A stretch of DNA of 62,043 nt, the filler included, from Catajapyx aquilonaris (taxonomy: Eukaryota): NCBI GenBank assembly GCA_000934665.2. It is 4 parts of 4 records of this genome, joined end to end, with 100 filler letters (N's around TTAATTAATTAA, not from the genome) between each part and the next. Parts side by side here need not be neighbours in the genome. Positions count along the whole stretch, not along the records: positions 31,058 to 46,536 come from JYFJ02007505.1; positions 46,637 to 62,043 come from KZ539695.1; 2 more parts are not named here. The stretch is one strand, 5' to 3'. A program made the position numbers and the translations under genes. Within the stretch, counting starts at the first letter, position 1, and each line of letters opens with the position of its first letter. The notes below the pieces were generated by a model. The model was not told where the DNA came from, did no database searches, and was given only the letters and a program-made list of their open reading frames with translations. Positions 41,180 to 53,425 of the stretch are shown in pieces.

Positions 41180-42526
41180 TCGTGGATAGCCACTAGGGGC
41201 AGGAGAGGGCGAACGGCTTGGCTTCCTGTGACGCTGTGACCAGCTATAATCGGGCTATAATGAGCCTATGACCATGGCGGCATCCATCGATCGATGGCGG
41301 CATCTATGCCAAGTGGATGGGGACTGGGGAGGGCACAGCACAGGGCAGTAGGGCACTCGTGAGCACACTTGACTAGAGGACTTGCCGAGTGCCGACCACG
41401 CCACGCCAAGACGCCATCAGGACACCACAGCTGCAGTACTAGGGCACCATGGCACGCCTGATTTCAGTTTTGCTCCCCGCAGCCTAGTCCCCGCTGACCG
41501 CTCCTCCTGTCTGACAGTACTGTGTCACCCTCCCAGTCTCCCACCCAACCCACCCCCAGACTGGTGCGTGGCACGGTTGTTAGAGTATATCCTTCCTGGG
41601 TGCGTGGTGCCTCCCTGCCCCCGTATTGTTGCTGCACATCAACCATCGAGGGCGGCCCTGCCCCCACAAGACCCCCGCAGTCGGCGTCCAGTCCAGGCCA
41701 GGCCAAGTGGTGTACACGAAGGGTACGTGTCCAGCATGGTGTCCAGAGGTTCAGTGCCTGTGTTCACCTCTGCCCCCACCCAGACCCACGGCCCCTGGCT
41801 GGCCAGTTCCAGGTGGGGCAGAATAGGTCAGCATGGTCAGTTGAATATAGTGGTCACTTTTACGGCAGACTTGTTAGGGCGTGACTCATGGTGGACAGAG
41901 CTTGCTTATAGCAGCCTAGCAGGACCATTCACCCTAGTCTTGACGCCAACCAGCTTCCTATTATGCCCCTACATATTACATGTGATTGGATTCCGACAGG
42001 TATTTGGGATGAGTTGTACACTGTACTCCCAATTATCTGGGTGCAGATTAATTATTCATGCAGCACCAAAAACAACAGTTAGAAATATCTCCAAAAGAAT
42101 GTCAACATGGCCCACAAAGAAATGAGCCGCTCAGAGGAAAGATGGCATATGACATCATAATGTTGCGGATTTTTCTAACAGTCGGAATTAGTGTTGCCAG
42201 CTGTAAGAAGAGCGTTTTTAAGCTAAGATTAATTAAAAACTATCTACGTTCCACTCCGAGCACTAGGAGGTTGAGTAATTTGCCTATATTGTCAAATGAG
42301 CAAGAAATGACTAATCAAATTAATTTTGACAGTATAATTAGCGATTTTGCTGCCCAAGAAGCAAGGAAAGTAATATTGTCATTATGATGAATATATGAAA
42401 TAAACATATGACCTTTACTTTGAACTTTTTCCAATAGTAGCATTTTGATCTCATGATTTTTGCATGCAATTAATAAAATTAAATGGTAATATTGTAGGGG
42501 CACTCCCAACCCTCGCTATGCCACTG
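41180..42526 (+). mobile_element. Decayed hAT element with a transposase C-terminal remnant (~42140-42387)
   Basis: LRIFLTVGISVASC...KLRLIKNYLRST...RLSNL.IL...FDSIISDFAA..ARK is a hAT dimerization-domain pattern; right end GCTATGCCACTG. The left boundary is tentative. Confidence 0.75.
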
Positions 42527-43417
42527 GTAAAATGGCATGGTAAAAATCCCCGACCAACTGTCCTGTTATTCCTGTATTCTCTGTTCTCCTCTCGGGGGGC
42601 GACTTACAACATCTGGTCAGTGGTTAACCTGCCCGCAGGTTACAATCTCTGTGGGCTCACCCTGACAAGGTGTGACGAACGGGCGAGTATTGAGCATGTG
42701 CAGAGGGAGGAACCAATGGGGAGAGGGCAACTGACGTGGACTCGCACCGAAAAATTACTCCCTGCCTGTGCGTACGAGTAGCCACGAAAGAAGTAGAGAC
42801 CACTCATGGGCAGCACATTTCATAATTCTTTCAGGTCATCTTAGATCACAATGCATGCAATTGGGATGTGTGGTCAGATATCAGCACTGTGAGGCCGCAA
42901 AAATGATTGTGGGAACATCGTATAATATGCCCATTTTCAGAAAGTATCGTGACTTTTTATAAAGCACCAATCAGAGGGACGATCAGATGAGATACTTGAA
43001 GCTCATTGGGCGGGAGGGAGAGGCGGTGTGGCTCAGTCCCTTTCTGAAAATGTTCAACTATAGGTGATAATTATGCATTTTTGCCTGTACGGAGAATTTG
43101 AGGCAAATTTTGCACCAAAAATGAGGAAACTGCAATAAATGCGGCTGACCATTGTTATGTTTTTCTTCATTTCATGCGGTGGTCATAATTTGAATGGCTG
43201 AAAATAACACCAGATGCATTTTGGTCAGACATATTTGAATGGCCCATATTTTGTGTATTTTCGCATTTGTGCATCTCCTTTTCCATTGCATTCTACCACT
43301 TATAGAAAAAAATATGCAAGTATGGATATTTTTGTCAATTTGGGTACAAATTTCATTCAAATCGCCAGAAAAATTACCATCAGAACTACCGGTTGTATTA
43401 ACTCAATTGTGAAAATC

Positions 43418-43761
43418 GGGGAGGCGGAGTGGCGCTGTGGTAACATAATTATGCTCCCACGGATGGAAGGGTCCCGGATTCGATCCCAGCCCGGGGGTCT
43501 CCCCCCTTCATCTCGTGCAGAGTTGGGTCGTCTCTGGCTTCGTCTCGGGTGGAATCTGACAGACTAATCCACCAGGGGGAATTCACAAAATGTACCGTTT
43601 AAGACATTGCACTTGCACTTTGCACATCGCCTCCCAGTCATCCTGCCCTTGGACCAGGACGATTCGTAAAAATGGTTCTAGCCATAGGTAAAAAGCCTGA
43701 AATCAAAAAGGTACCCCCAGAAGGGCCAATGTTGCCCATCACAGGGTAAATTTCTTTTTAA
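43418..43761 (+). mobile_element. tRNA-derived SINE (family A, different tail)
   Basis: Head and core as in the 14342 copy; TSD TGTGAAAATC. Confidence 0.88.
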
Positions 43762-44079
43762 TGTGAAAATCTCAGATTACGTATTGTGAGTTTGTGTTCA
43801 TACACCCTTCAACTGGGGAAAAAATAATTCCAAATTATCCATATGTTTGGGTGGGATATCACATTACCATGCAAAATAATTTTGAGCAAATACGAGATCT
43901 TATTCGGCCCATGCATTCAACTCTGTGCTCTTGGGCTGGCCATACATGCTTTTTGTCCTGCAACCAAAACTTGCCAGCTGCACATATCAGTCTCAGCTAC
44001 AGCTTTGGAGGAAAATTTCGACCATTACACTCCAGTGACTTAAAAAGCCAGCAATTTTTTCTCCTCCCCTCCCTCCTCT

Positions 44080-44889
44080 CTCAAGCAAAAATCTGCAGCC
44101 CATGGAGTATTATTGTGGGCCATTTTACCCTAGCTAATATTGTGTTTAGATTATAGCATTTTAAAAAGTAATTTCTTTTCAGGTCCAGAAATGGTGGCTA
44201 CTTCTGATTCACTGGAGAAGGCAGCTTCTCATCTTGCTGTGTCAGTCAGCAAACTGGCTGCTCTAGTGTGCTGAGAATGGACATTTCTGCTATCCAGATG
44301 TGACATTGGGTGCATCAGTAGTCCTACATTCACGTTCCGACGTTTTGGAGCAGCTGATCGGCCAGCAGTGAAAACAGCTGCCTAGAATTACTTTTTAGAT
44401 TTTTATTACTTTTCATGTAGTTTCAATTATATTCACTTAAATTTATAACTGCCTAGAATTAGATTATATATTTTTGTGGCTGCTCTAGTTTGCTGGGAAT
44501 GGAATTTTTATTAGCAATAAGGGACATTGCGTGCATCAGCAGTCCCACAATCCCCTCCCGATGTTTTGGAGCAGCTGATCTGCCAACTGTGAAAAAGCTG
44601 CACATAATTACTTTATAGATTTTTAAAATGATTTTATTAATTTTCATGTATAATAATATTAATAGTAGTCTAATAATGACAAATTCTTGAATATTCATAT
44701 GATGCACAGCACCGAGCATATCACTCCACCTACTCTGATAATAATAATGATGTGAGAAAGAGAGAAAAAACCTCCTCCCACAAGCAAAAATCTGCAGTCC
44801 AGGTAGAGTTATTTGAGCCAATTTACCCTAGCTAATATTGTGTTTAGATTACAGCATTTTAAAAAGTGCTTTATTTTCAGGTCCAGAAG

Positions 44890-44945
<56 letters not shown>

Positions 44946-45350
44946 AAAAAGGTACAACAGTATACCAGCCTCACCACAAGTTAAATAAAAAAATAAGTAT
45001 TATAACCATCAGTAGCCGACCAGCCACGGCAGCCTCGTCAAGCAGGTGACAATCAACAGCCGCAGCTTCCAAGGAAACAAGATGGACTGATTCACTGGAG
45101 AAGGCCTCCCCTCCCTCATCTTGCTGTGTAAGTCAGCAAACCGGCTGCTCTAGTTTGCTGGGAATGGAAATGTTTAGAAAGTGACATTGGGTGCATCAGT
45201 AGTCCTACACTCCCCTCCCAATGTTTTCGAGCAGCTGATCTGCCAACCGTGAAAAATAGCTGCCTAGAATTCCCTTTTAGAGGTTTGAAATTTTTTTTTA
45301 AATCAATTTTCGTGTATTTTCAATTAGAATTCACATACAATTTACAACTA
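44080..45350. repeat. Imperfect local tandem duplication with a (TA)n microsatellite at 44891-44942
   Basis: GCAAAAATCTGCAG...TTTACCCTAGCTAATATTGTGTTTAGATTA at ~44085 and ~44784; CTGATTCACTGGAGAAGGC at ~44204 and ~45087; a partial third copy at ~44480-44650. Confidence 0.85.
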
Positions 45351-46074
45351 CCCAGGAACTTTGCATACTCATCTTAATTACTGTGTAATCTCTGTTTAAT
45401 GAAACTCAAAGAAATAAATTTTTGTTATAAAATTAAATTGATGAAACAATTGATGGGTGGACAGCAAAGAAATTTCTCCACTTTTGACATTCATGTTTGA
45501 GGTTATAAAGAAAAAGTGTAGGAAATAGTTTCTTACTAAATATGATTCAATTTTAAATTGTCACATTTTGTTAGATTTCACCATTTCATAAAACCCATTT
45601 CCGAATGCTGATTATGATGGAAACACTCTACTGTATTTCTTTGGAGATTAATTTTGTTTGCTGCCCCCCCCCCCCCACCCCACCACCNAATTGAAATTGG
45701 AATTTTTGTACCTCCATATCAGTATTATTAGTCTTAATGTTGCAGAATGGCTGATTTGAATACAAATTGCACTACATCCAAGAATATGACAAACTACTCA
45801 AACACAACTTTCCAGTAGTCCCTGGAGGAATTGTGCAACCTCAAGTTGAACCTGTTTACTCTTCAGTTCACATAACTTGTAACTGCCTGTAGAAAAGAAA
45901 CCAAAGATCCCAGAACGACCTTATCAATAGAAAGACTTTATTTTATTGAACCCAAACACCTTGCCAACTGTGGTTATTATACACTAACTACAGGATGTAA
46001 TTGAATCGACCAGTCAGACCTGTACCCGTGGCTCAATTTACACCAGAGAAAGACATGTTATGTATAGGAGGAGT

Positions 46075-46404
46075 TTTTTTGACGTTACCCCATGATAAGG
46101 CGGAGCCTTTTTAGGTGGCACACCACCATCAGTTTTCTTTGTATATTATACTTTTCTTCATTCACCAGTGCAAGGAATCAAGGATATTGGGTAAGGATAG
46201 GGACTTTCAGGGAGGGAACATAGGTGCAAGTGCAGTGTCTGTAAAGGGGTCATGTGCTGTTCCCCAGGAGGTTAGGTTGCCAGACACCTCCTTGGTGCAG
46301 GTCTGACGCAGGTGAAAGGAAAGTTCCCCAGGCGGGGATCGAACCTGGGGCCTTTCACTCAGCAAGCTGAGACGTTACCATCTCGGCCATCTACACCTCC
46401 CCGT
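46075..46404 (-). mobile_element. tRNA-derived SINE (family B)
   Basis: Close reverse-complement match to the 50068 copy. Confidence 0.88.
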
Positions 46405-46536
46405 AGAGGAGTCATTATGTCTGGCCAGCCTCATTACTGACAAGGGAACCTCTCGAAGTGTCCCTCGAAGTTCAAGGTCAAATATTTTTTTTCGGGTTCC
46501 TTATCAGCTAGAAGGACAACACCCTTCTGGAGAAAT

Positions 46537-46636
46537 NNNNNNNNNNNNNNNNNNNNNNNNNNNNNNNNNNNNNNNNNNNNTTAATTAATTAANNNNNNNN
46601 NNNNNNNNNNNNNNNNNNNNNNNNNNNNNNNNNNNN
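46537..46636. other. Assembly spacer (44N-TTAATTAATTAA-44N)
   Basis: Same 100-nt construct as at 15429. Confidence 0.95.
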
Positions 46637-46758
46637 GAGGTGGCAGTAGTATTGGCAGTATTACAGCAGTAATAATAAGAATAAAGCTGAAAAATTTTAT
46701 CGACTAAAAGCTGTGTGTGCAACCAAAATGGGCCTGCTGCCATAATTATATCACTCAC

Positions 46759-46989
46759 CAAGTTGGAATCAGCAGATGCAATCTCCATTCTATACTTAAT
46801 GTAGCTAGTGACCTGGGATTCAGTCTTATTACCCATCCTCTCGGAAATGCTTTTACAATTATGGATTCCATCAATCCTCAAAGCTTGTGCCAAGTTTCGT
46901 TTGTCCAAGTCCGTCCAATGAACAGTAGGCGTTTCTTCTGCCTCCTTTGGCGCCGCCACCGTAGACGCCCTCCGTTTCCTGAGCTCCAT
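46759..46989 (-). CDS. First coding exon of a SANT/Myb-like protein (possibly SNAPC2/SNAP45-like)
   Basis: CTTTGCAG acceptor 2 nt before the ATG; GTGAGT donor after 77 codons; basic N-terminus followed by WTDLDKRNLAQAL...ISERMGNKTESQVTSYI, a SANT-like helix pattern. The SNAPC2 assignment is inference. Confidence 0.7.
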
Positions 46990-47061
46990 TTCTGCAAAGA
47001 TCAAGCATTGAATTCTCAAACCATAAATCCAGGAATTTAAAACTGCCAAACTGAACACTCA

Positions 47062-47200
47062 GATTGCCCCGATCTTCCTTCCCGTTCCATTAGTTTTCTC
47101 AATATTTCCTTAACTCTGGAGCACTATGTAAATGAACTTCAGTCAGTGTGCCAGGACCAGGTTGAAAGGCAATGCTGGGCCAACCTCCTTAATATCAATT
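47062..47200 (+). mobile_element. 5'-truncated SINE (family C tail)
   Basis: AGGTTGAAAGGCAATGCTGGGCCAACCTCCTTAATATCAATTA is identical to the 3' end of the 27371 SINE. Confidence 0.7.
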
Positions 47201-47225
47201 AACTCAGTTTTCTAGGACCCACCCC

Positions 47226-47536
47226 CAGGGACGTAGCCAGGGGGGGGGGGGNNNNNNNNNNNNNNNNNNNNNNNNNNNNNNNNNNNNNNNNNNNNNNNNN
47301 NNNNNNNNNNNNNNNNNNNNNNNNNNNNNNNNNNNNNNNNNNNNNNNNNNNNNNNNNNNNNNNNNNNNNNNNNNNNNNNNNNNNNNNNNNNNNNNNNNNN
47401 NNNNNNNNNNNNNNNNNNNNNNNNNNNNNNNNNNNNNNNNNNNNNNNNNNNNNNNNNNNNNNNNNNNNNNNNNNNNNNNNNNNNNNNNNNNNNNNNNCCC
47501 CCCCCCCCCCCAACTGGCATCTAGGTTACGTCACTG
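47226..47536. mobile_element. hAT-type MITE spanning an N gap
   Basis: Ends CAGGGACGTAGCC / GGTTACGTCACTG; perfect 8-bp TSD CCCACCCC. Confidence 0.85.
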
Positions 47537-50067
47537 CCCACCCCTGTCTGTGCATGGACCCATGCAGTCAGTACCTGCCTGCTGTCGATCCCTGTATGCT
47601 CTGCCTCAAACCTGAGCCAAATAAGTCAGAAACGGAATGAAGTTAAGGCTAGGATCATTCGATGTCAAAAAAGTCACACGAGACACGTGCACGAGAGAAG
47701 AGGCGCCAATGTGTGAGTGATGGAAGATGGAAATACACCTCATCATGGTATCGACTCTTCCTCTGTCGATACCACCTGTCGTCATGACGCGACGCGGCGA
47801 TTTTGACATTTCACTACGTCAAAGTTCAAGTGCTGTCCACATATTTGTCTTTGTTCTAGTAATAGGGGAGACCGGTGCACAGTGGTCCACTTTTGAACAA
47901 TTGAATTTTTACAAGAGCTCCTCCTCCTGTTATACCTACACACCCAATATTTTCCGGCATGGTGGACGTGGAGCGGTGGAGGTACTCTTTGGTAATATAA
48001 GTGACTAATATATTCACAGGTAGTGCCATCCCTTTGGCTTAAATAAATTTTAGAAACTGCCCTATGCAAATGGACCACTGTGCCCCGATACCAGGGGCAC
48101 AGTGGTCCTGAAGTGATTAGGACCCCCTCATTCACACAAGAAGTATGATTGTACATTATTTTTTATCCTAGGCCCTACATCTAACCCCTCTAAATAAACA
48201 TGAAATAAATAAAATGGACTTCTGTTACTGCAGAATCCTTTGGCACATCCTTTGACAAATGAACTTTCTTACATACTTTCTTTCATACCAATATACCATT
48301 AGTAGGTATATAAAACTACGATGACATAAAGTGCTGTACAGAGGCAAAAGGGTCGTCCACAAAAAGGGGCTCACTGGTCCATATGTACAGTACCACTGCG
48401 CCCCAGAGGGCAGAAACTGACATGATGTTTTGAATCGTAACTTCCATTGCAAATCACGCTTTCCATTTCCGGCATTTATGCAGACGGGATGGCACTATTC
48501 AAAAACATGTTTACATCAGGGTCATGCTCAGCATCTACACCTGTAATTGCATTTAAACTGTGGGTCAGAAGTAACTTCACTACCATTCAAATAGATTTCC
48601 CCTGATACAGCAGGATCGGAGGCATCTCCCAGTGGCTGTCATGTTGGCAAGAAGCACAATAGCACAGGCATAATTATATTGTCTTTCTACGAATTTGAAA
48701 TCCCGCGCATGGAAAATTTGGAAGGCACAGATGAAAAAGCAATTACCAATTCAAGAAATAACAAATTAGTGATAAATGAAATTATCATGATGGTGGTAGT
48801 TGTTAAGGAGCGGTTGCGTGATCGAAAGTGAATCCAGCGCAGGACAAGTGATTACTCCTATATGTGGTGTTGTAAAAAAAAAATGCAAATAATTTGGACA
48901 GTTGGAACAACCACGTTTTAACACCAAACAAGATTGGCAAATCACGTGAGCGCGATTATAGTAGGCTAGACCTTTTCTCATTCTTTCAAGTATGAAACAG
49001 CAGAGGACTTGTATCGCAAACCGGTCCAACTTCAGGAATTAATTAGGCCTACACAGTCCCTGTTTCAGAGCGCCAGGTAAAATCCCGGGTAAATCCCGTC
49101 AGGAATCGACGGAAACTAATTTCGAAATCCAACGGTAGCTAGCCCGTAAAGTAGACTGATGCGAAATGCGAATAGAGTGAACCCCGCGGAACACTGGAAG
49201 TGGAAGGTCACCGGAAGTTGACCATGACATCTGTTTTGGTCACTCTTAATCAAAATCCGAAAACCGTTTGCCACTATCTCTTGCGGTTGAGGTCCTGTAC
49301 TTGTACACAGACGGACGGACATATGGACGGACGCACAGAGCCGTTATACTATAAGTATAGTATAAGACTTTTTTCGGTGATGAGAAAAAGTCTAAAACTA
49401 CCCGCTTTTTCACAGGTAAAAATGGATTTTTAAAGAAAATTGTGTACCTTTTCCAGAGGTACTGGATGTTTATGCTCATCATTGTCAATATTTATGAGAG
49501 ACTTTTAAAAACCTCAATTAGCCTGCCACTGTGAGTTTAGTATGCTTTTTTGGGGGGAATTCCCGAATGACAAAAGTGAACAAAGGCGAACAAAGGCATA
49601 TTTTCAAGGACTCAGTCATTGCAACAGCAGATTTCTGCAGGGATTCCCTCTGTGGCTAACTTGTGAGTCAGAGACCAAGTAGTAGTCAGGCAAATTGTAG
49701 TCATTTTTAAGCACTCGAATAAAAATAATCCTGCATAAGGGTTAAAACGTCACCATTAGACCCACTTCAGAGTACAAAATCAATTAACTTAATCTGCATG
49801 CAGCACACAAATCGTGCAGCTTCCAATGAAATGTTAGAAATGAAAAAAAGGCAAGTGACTTTGCGTCAATCGTCAAACCAAACGTTCAAATTGAAAGGCG
49901 CTTTATACAGTAAAGTCGTCAATAATATAGAAATGCATGTTTTTCCAAAAGAGCTACAATCCAATTTTCATAGTTACCTCGGAAAAAAAACTCGGATAAG
50001 CTTATAGTTCTTGCTATTAGCTGGATGCACAAATTAGTGCAGAAATTCCAATTCTAAATAAGTCTTA

Positions 50068-50372
50068 TTGGGGAGGTGTGGTGGTCGAGATGGTAACGTC
50101 TCGGCTTGCTGAGTGAAAGGCCCCAGGTTCGATCCCCACCTGGGGAACTTTCCTTTCACCTGCGTCAGGAGGGTCTCTGACCTGCACCAAGGAGGTGTCT
50201 GGCAACCTAACCTCCTGGGGGACAGCACATGACCCCTTTACCGACATTGCACTTGCACCTATGTTCCCTCCCCCAAAAAAACCCTACCCCTACCCTACAT
50301 CCTAGACTCCTTGCACCGGTGCGGTGTATGAACGGAGAGAAAATGGTGGTATCCCCCCCCCCCCNCATGGGT
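50068..50372 (+). mobile_element. tRNA-derived SINE (family B)
   Basis: A box TGGTCGAGATGG, B box GGTTCGATCCC, shared GACATTGCACTTGCAC core. Confidence 0.88.
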
Positions 50373-51659
50373 AATTTAAAATATTATTTACTCCCTAATA
50401 ATTAACTACAACAATAACAATTTTATTATTGACATGTTCCCAGTGGTTTAAACCATCATATTCTTCTTGTAATTTGTTGGTGTGTGAAATAGATTTGGGG
50501 GGAAAAAAATGAAGGCAAAAAGTGGTTCAACCAGCCCCACTCTCCCCTAATGTTATAAGGTTATATTATAATGATTATAATGATATAATCATGATTGTGG
50601 TCTCTGACCACAGTAAAATTTTGCCTGACATTAGGCTAATATCAAGTAATTCTCAAATTAATTCGACCAATTGAGATAGACTATAGTTTGGTACACTACA
50701 TGTGTTGAATTTTTGAAGGCCCTCCACATGAAACACATCCATGTATCAGATTAAACATGTAGCCTACACATCATTGTGACATTGGGAAGTGGGATAACAG
50801 TGATAAAATTCCTGTCATTGGGGTCTCCATATCACCCAGGGCAATAGATCCATTGACCTGTAGTACTGTACCAAAACCTCTCATTCTGGTGTCCATAGGG
50901 AATCTCTTGGAAATAAAGCATATGAAATAAAACGTGTTTTTTTTAAACATCTGGTACCCTTAGCAGGGATACAGGCAAATTATTCGTAATAACCATGCAT
51001 GAGTACAGGGGACGGGCTCTCATTGCGTGAACCAATTCCAGGACCGTGAAACTTACCCTCATATCTCATCCTGCCATTACGTACGTCTACATATCGTATA
51101 TATTTTTAAAGAATTAGCATTTCATTGGGTCGTCCATAAAAAAACGAATGAGTGTAAGTCAAAATCATGCAGTTGCCCGTCTTTATTAGCCGTTTTGTGG
51201 CAGGTACGCCGCTATCTTTTTTCCTAGGAAAAGTAACTGTGCTTTAAATATAGGTATTTCCCACGAACACCAGCGTAGCATTCAATCCAGCCCCAAAAGT
51301 GGATATGAATCATGTCCCCCGAATTATCACGCTTTAAAAGGCATCGTATCTCCTGAAAAACAACAATCATCAAAGTCCATTAAACCCTCATACAACCCCA
51401 TTGTCAGCTGCAAAAATGCAATATATAATTATATATCCCGCAACAGCTAGCAGGAATAAACCATGATACTAACCATAACATCCCTCTCAAAGCACGCATG
51501 TTGACAGCAATTATCTCCGAAGACAAAGCGCATGTAAACCTTCAATCATTGCATATACATTCTCTCCCCATGACAACACATCATAAAGACCCCCAAGAAG
51601 CTGCTGATAATGACTCAAAAGACCTCGATGCCGCTTTCAAGCTGAAATGAATCAGCGCG

Positions 51660-51730
51660 TGAACTACGGTACTACCGAGTATACATCTGGCAACACTGCA
51701 CGTGACGTATGATATGCCCACAGCTGATTC
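51660..51730. promoter_or_regulatory. Putative KIF16B core promoter region
   Basis: Clustered TGGCAACACTG, overlapping CACGTG/TGACGT and CAGCTG upstream of putative 5'-UTR exons (donor at 51878; exon 52073-52151; acceptor ending 52219). Confidence 0.4.
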
Positions 51731-52256
51731 GCCTGCTTTAGGACTCAATAAAAAAAAAAGGGTGGCTTTTGTTGCCTGTTACTCGTGCAGGGTAGTTTTA
51801 GTGAGTAGTGGTAGTGTGACTGGATGCTCGGGTGTGGTCAATTTTTCTACACATGTCTACCTCCAAGGTGATGTAGGGTGAGTTGTGTTTTTTTGGTTGA
51901 TGGTGGGGGGCAATGGTGGGTTTTGGTAGCATTCAGAGCACTGGTTTTAATTAGTTGTTAACAAATATAATGAGCTGTATTTGGGGCTTGAATGGGATAG
52001 ACCAATAGTTGGGTTTGGGTTGCTTCATCATGAGTGTGCCAGATTTTTATTAAGCAGGTTGTTGTATTTCAGGTTGAAGCTGCAGCTGGTATTTCTAGTT
52101 GTGATTGGTCATGCACACAAAAGCAATTTCATGCCTGGCAGCACATTGAAGGTGAGCATTTTTAAAATGGTTTTTTTTGGGGACATGCGGGAATGTAAGT
52201 ATTATTTGTGCTTTTGCAGCAAATGCGGGTGAATAGGTGCTGAAAAGGATACGACG

Positions 52257-52303
52257 ATGGCTTCAGTCAAGGTTGCGGTCAGAGTCAGGCCGTTTAATGA
52301 GAG
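52257..52303 (+). CDS. KIF16B: Kinesin-3 KIF16B/Klp98A, coding exon 1 (MASVKVAVRVRPFNE)
   Basis: Characteristic N-terminus; GTGAGT donor in phase 2. Confidence 0.92.
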
Positions 52304-52705
52304 GTGAGTTTACGAGCCGGGATCTAATCACTGCCTGCCATACAATAGGATATGGGAGATTAGAAAGTGGCATTTATCGTGTCAATAATTGCGGGGTGAG
52401 AATACAGCAGATTAGTTTCTAGGCGGTGATAATAAAACTGACATAACAAAATATTTCTATCATTTCCATAATGTGACACAGGCAAGTAGTTTTTTGTAGG
52501 TCTAATTAGCTATGGAGAAAAAATTAAACAGATGAAAATGTCACCTATGAATCAGTACATCTGCAATAAATTGTGTTGAAATTTACCTTGTTAAGCATAT
52601 TGTGCCAGTAACAAGGCCTTCAATAATTCAAAGGCTGATTTTAAAATGAGGAGAAACTGCAAGTGCATCCCACAGCAAGCAAATAGTGTCAAGACGGTGT
52701 TTCTA

Positions 52706-53281
52706 CCGTATTACCTCTCATAAAGCGGCATGCCGGTATAAAACGAGGTCGACCAGCATGCTGGTATAACCTGGGAGTGGCCGGCATGCCACAATAACCG
52801 AGGTAGATTTCGGTAATTTTGATCCTTGCCAAATTTTTTGGAAGATTGGGTACCATACTAAAGTAATGTTACAATGAAAATGGGTGAGTGTACAGGCTGT
52901 GAAAATATGCAAGTTCTGTTGCACAGTGCATGTAAAAAATGTAGAGCATGTGACCAATCACATAGTTAGCCTGCTTTGACAGGGGGACCCCCTGCTCCAA
53001 CATACTGTTGACATAGTATTGCCAGACACTGCAATTGAAAACAATATATGGAACGGGTACCATATTCGGAAAATGTGCCTTTTCGATAGCCTTTACGTGA
53101 ATTTCGATTTTCAGGCAAATGTCAAGTTCGGAAAAGTTAATGTAACTTATGTGAAAACCTCACCTTATACCGGCATACCTCGCCTTATACCGGCATGCCG
53201 GTTTAGCCACCAGATCATGCGTTTCTAAAAACTGGTCAACCTCGACTACACCGGCATGCCGCTTTATGACAGGTAATACGG
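52706..53281. mobile_element. pogo/Tc2-type MITE in a KIF16B intron
   Basis: TIR CCGTATTACCT.TCATAAAGCGGCATGCCGGT with TA flanks; internal CCGGCATGCC repeats. Confidence 0.88.
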
Positions 53282-53425
53282 TAATAAGAATCAAGAATCA
53301 TGTGGTATTACTCATGGTGCACATAGACTGTAGGAACTTGCAATTCAATCTCTTCTGTAACTGATCCTGCAACTGTGATGACTTCCATATGCTGCCGTAT
53401 TATTAATGATATTGTTTTTCAACAG

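Noticed and set aside
41382..42125. 247-aa ORF, the longest in the track
   Set aside because: Non-ATG start, GC-rich low-complexity interior of a decayed hAT element, overlapping ORFs in several frames, no domain.
49100..49367. Helitron/HINE-like element with a GACG-repeat tract
   Set aside because: Only suggestive terminal features; boundaries could not be established.
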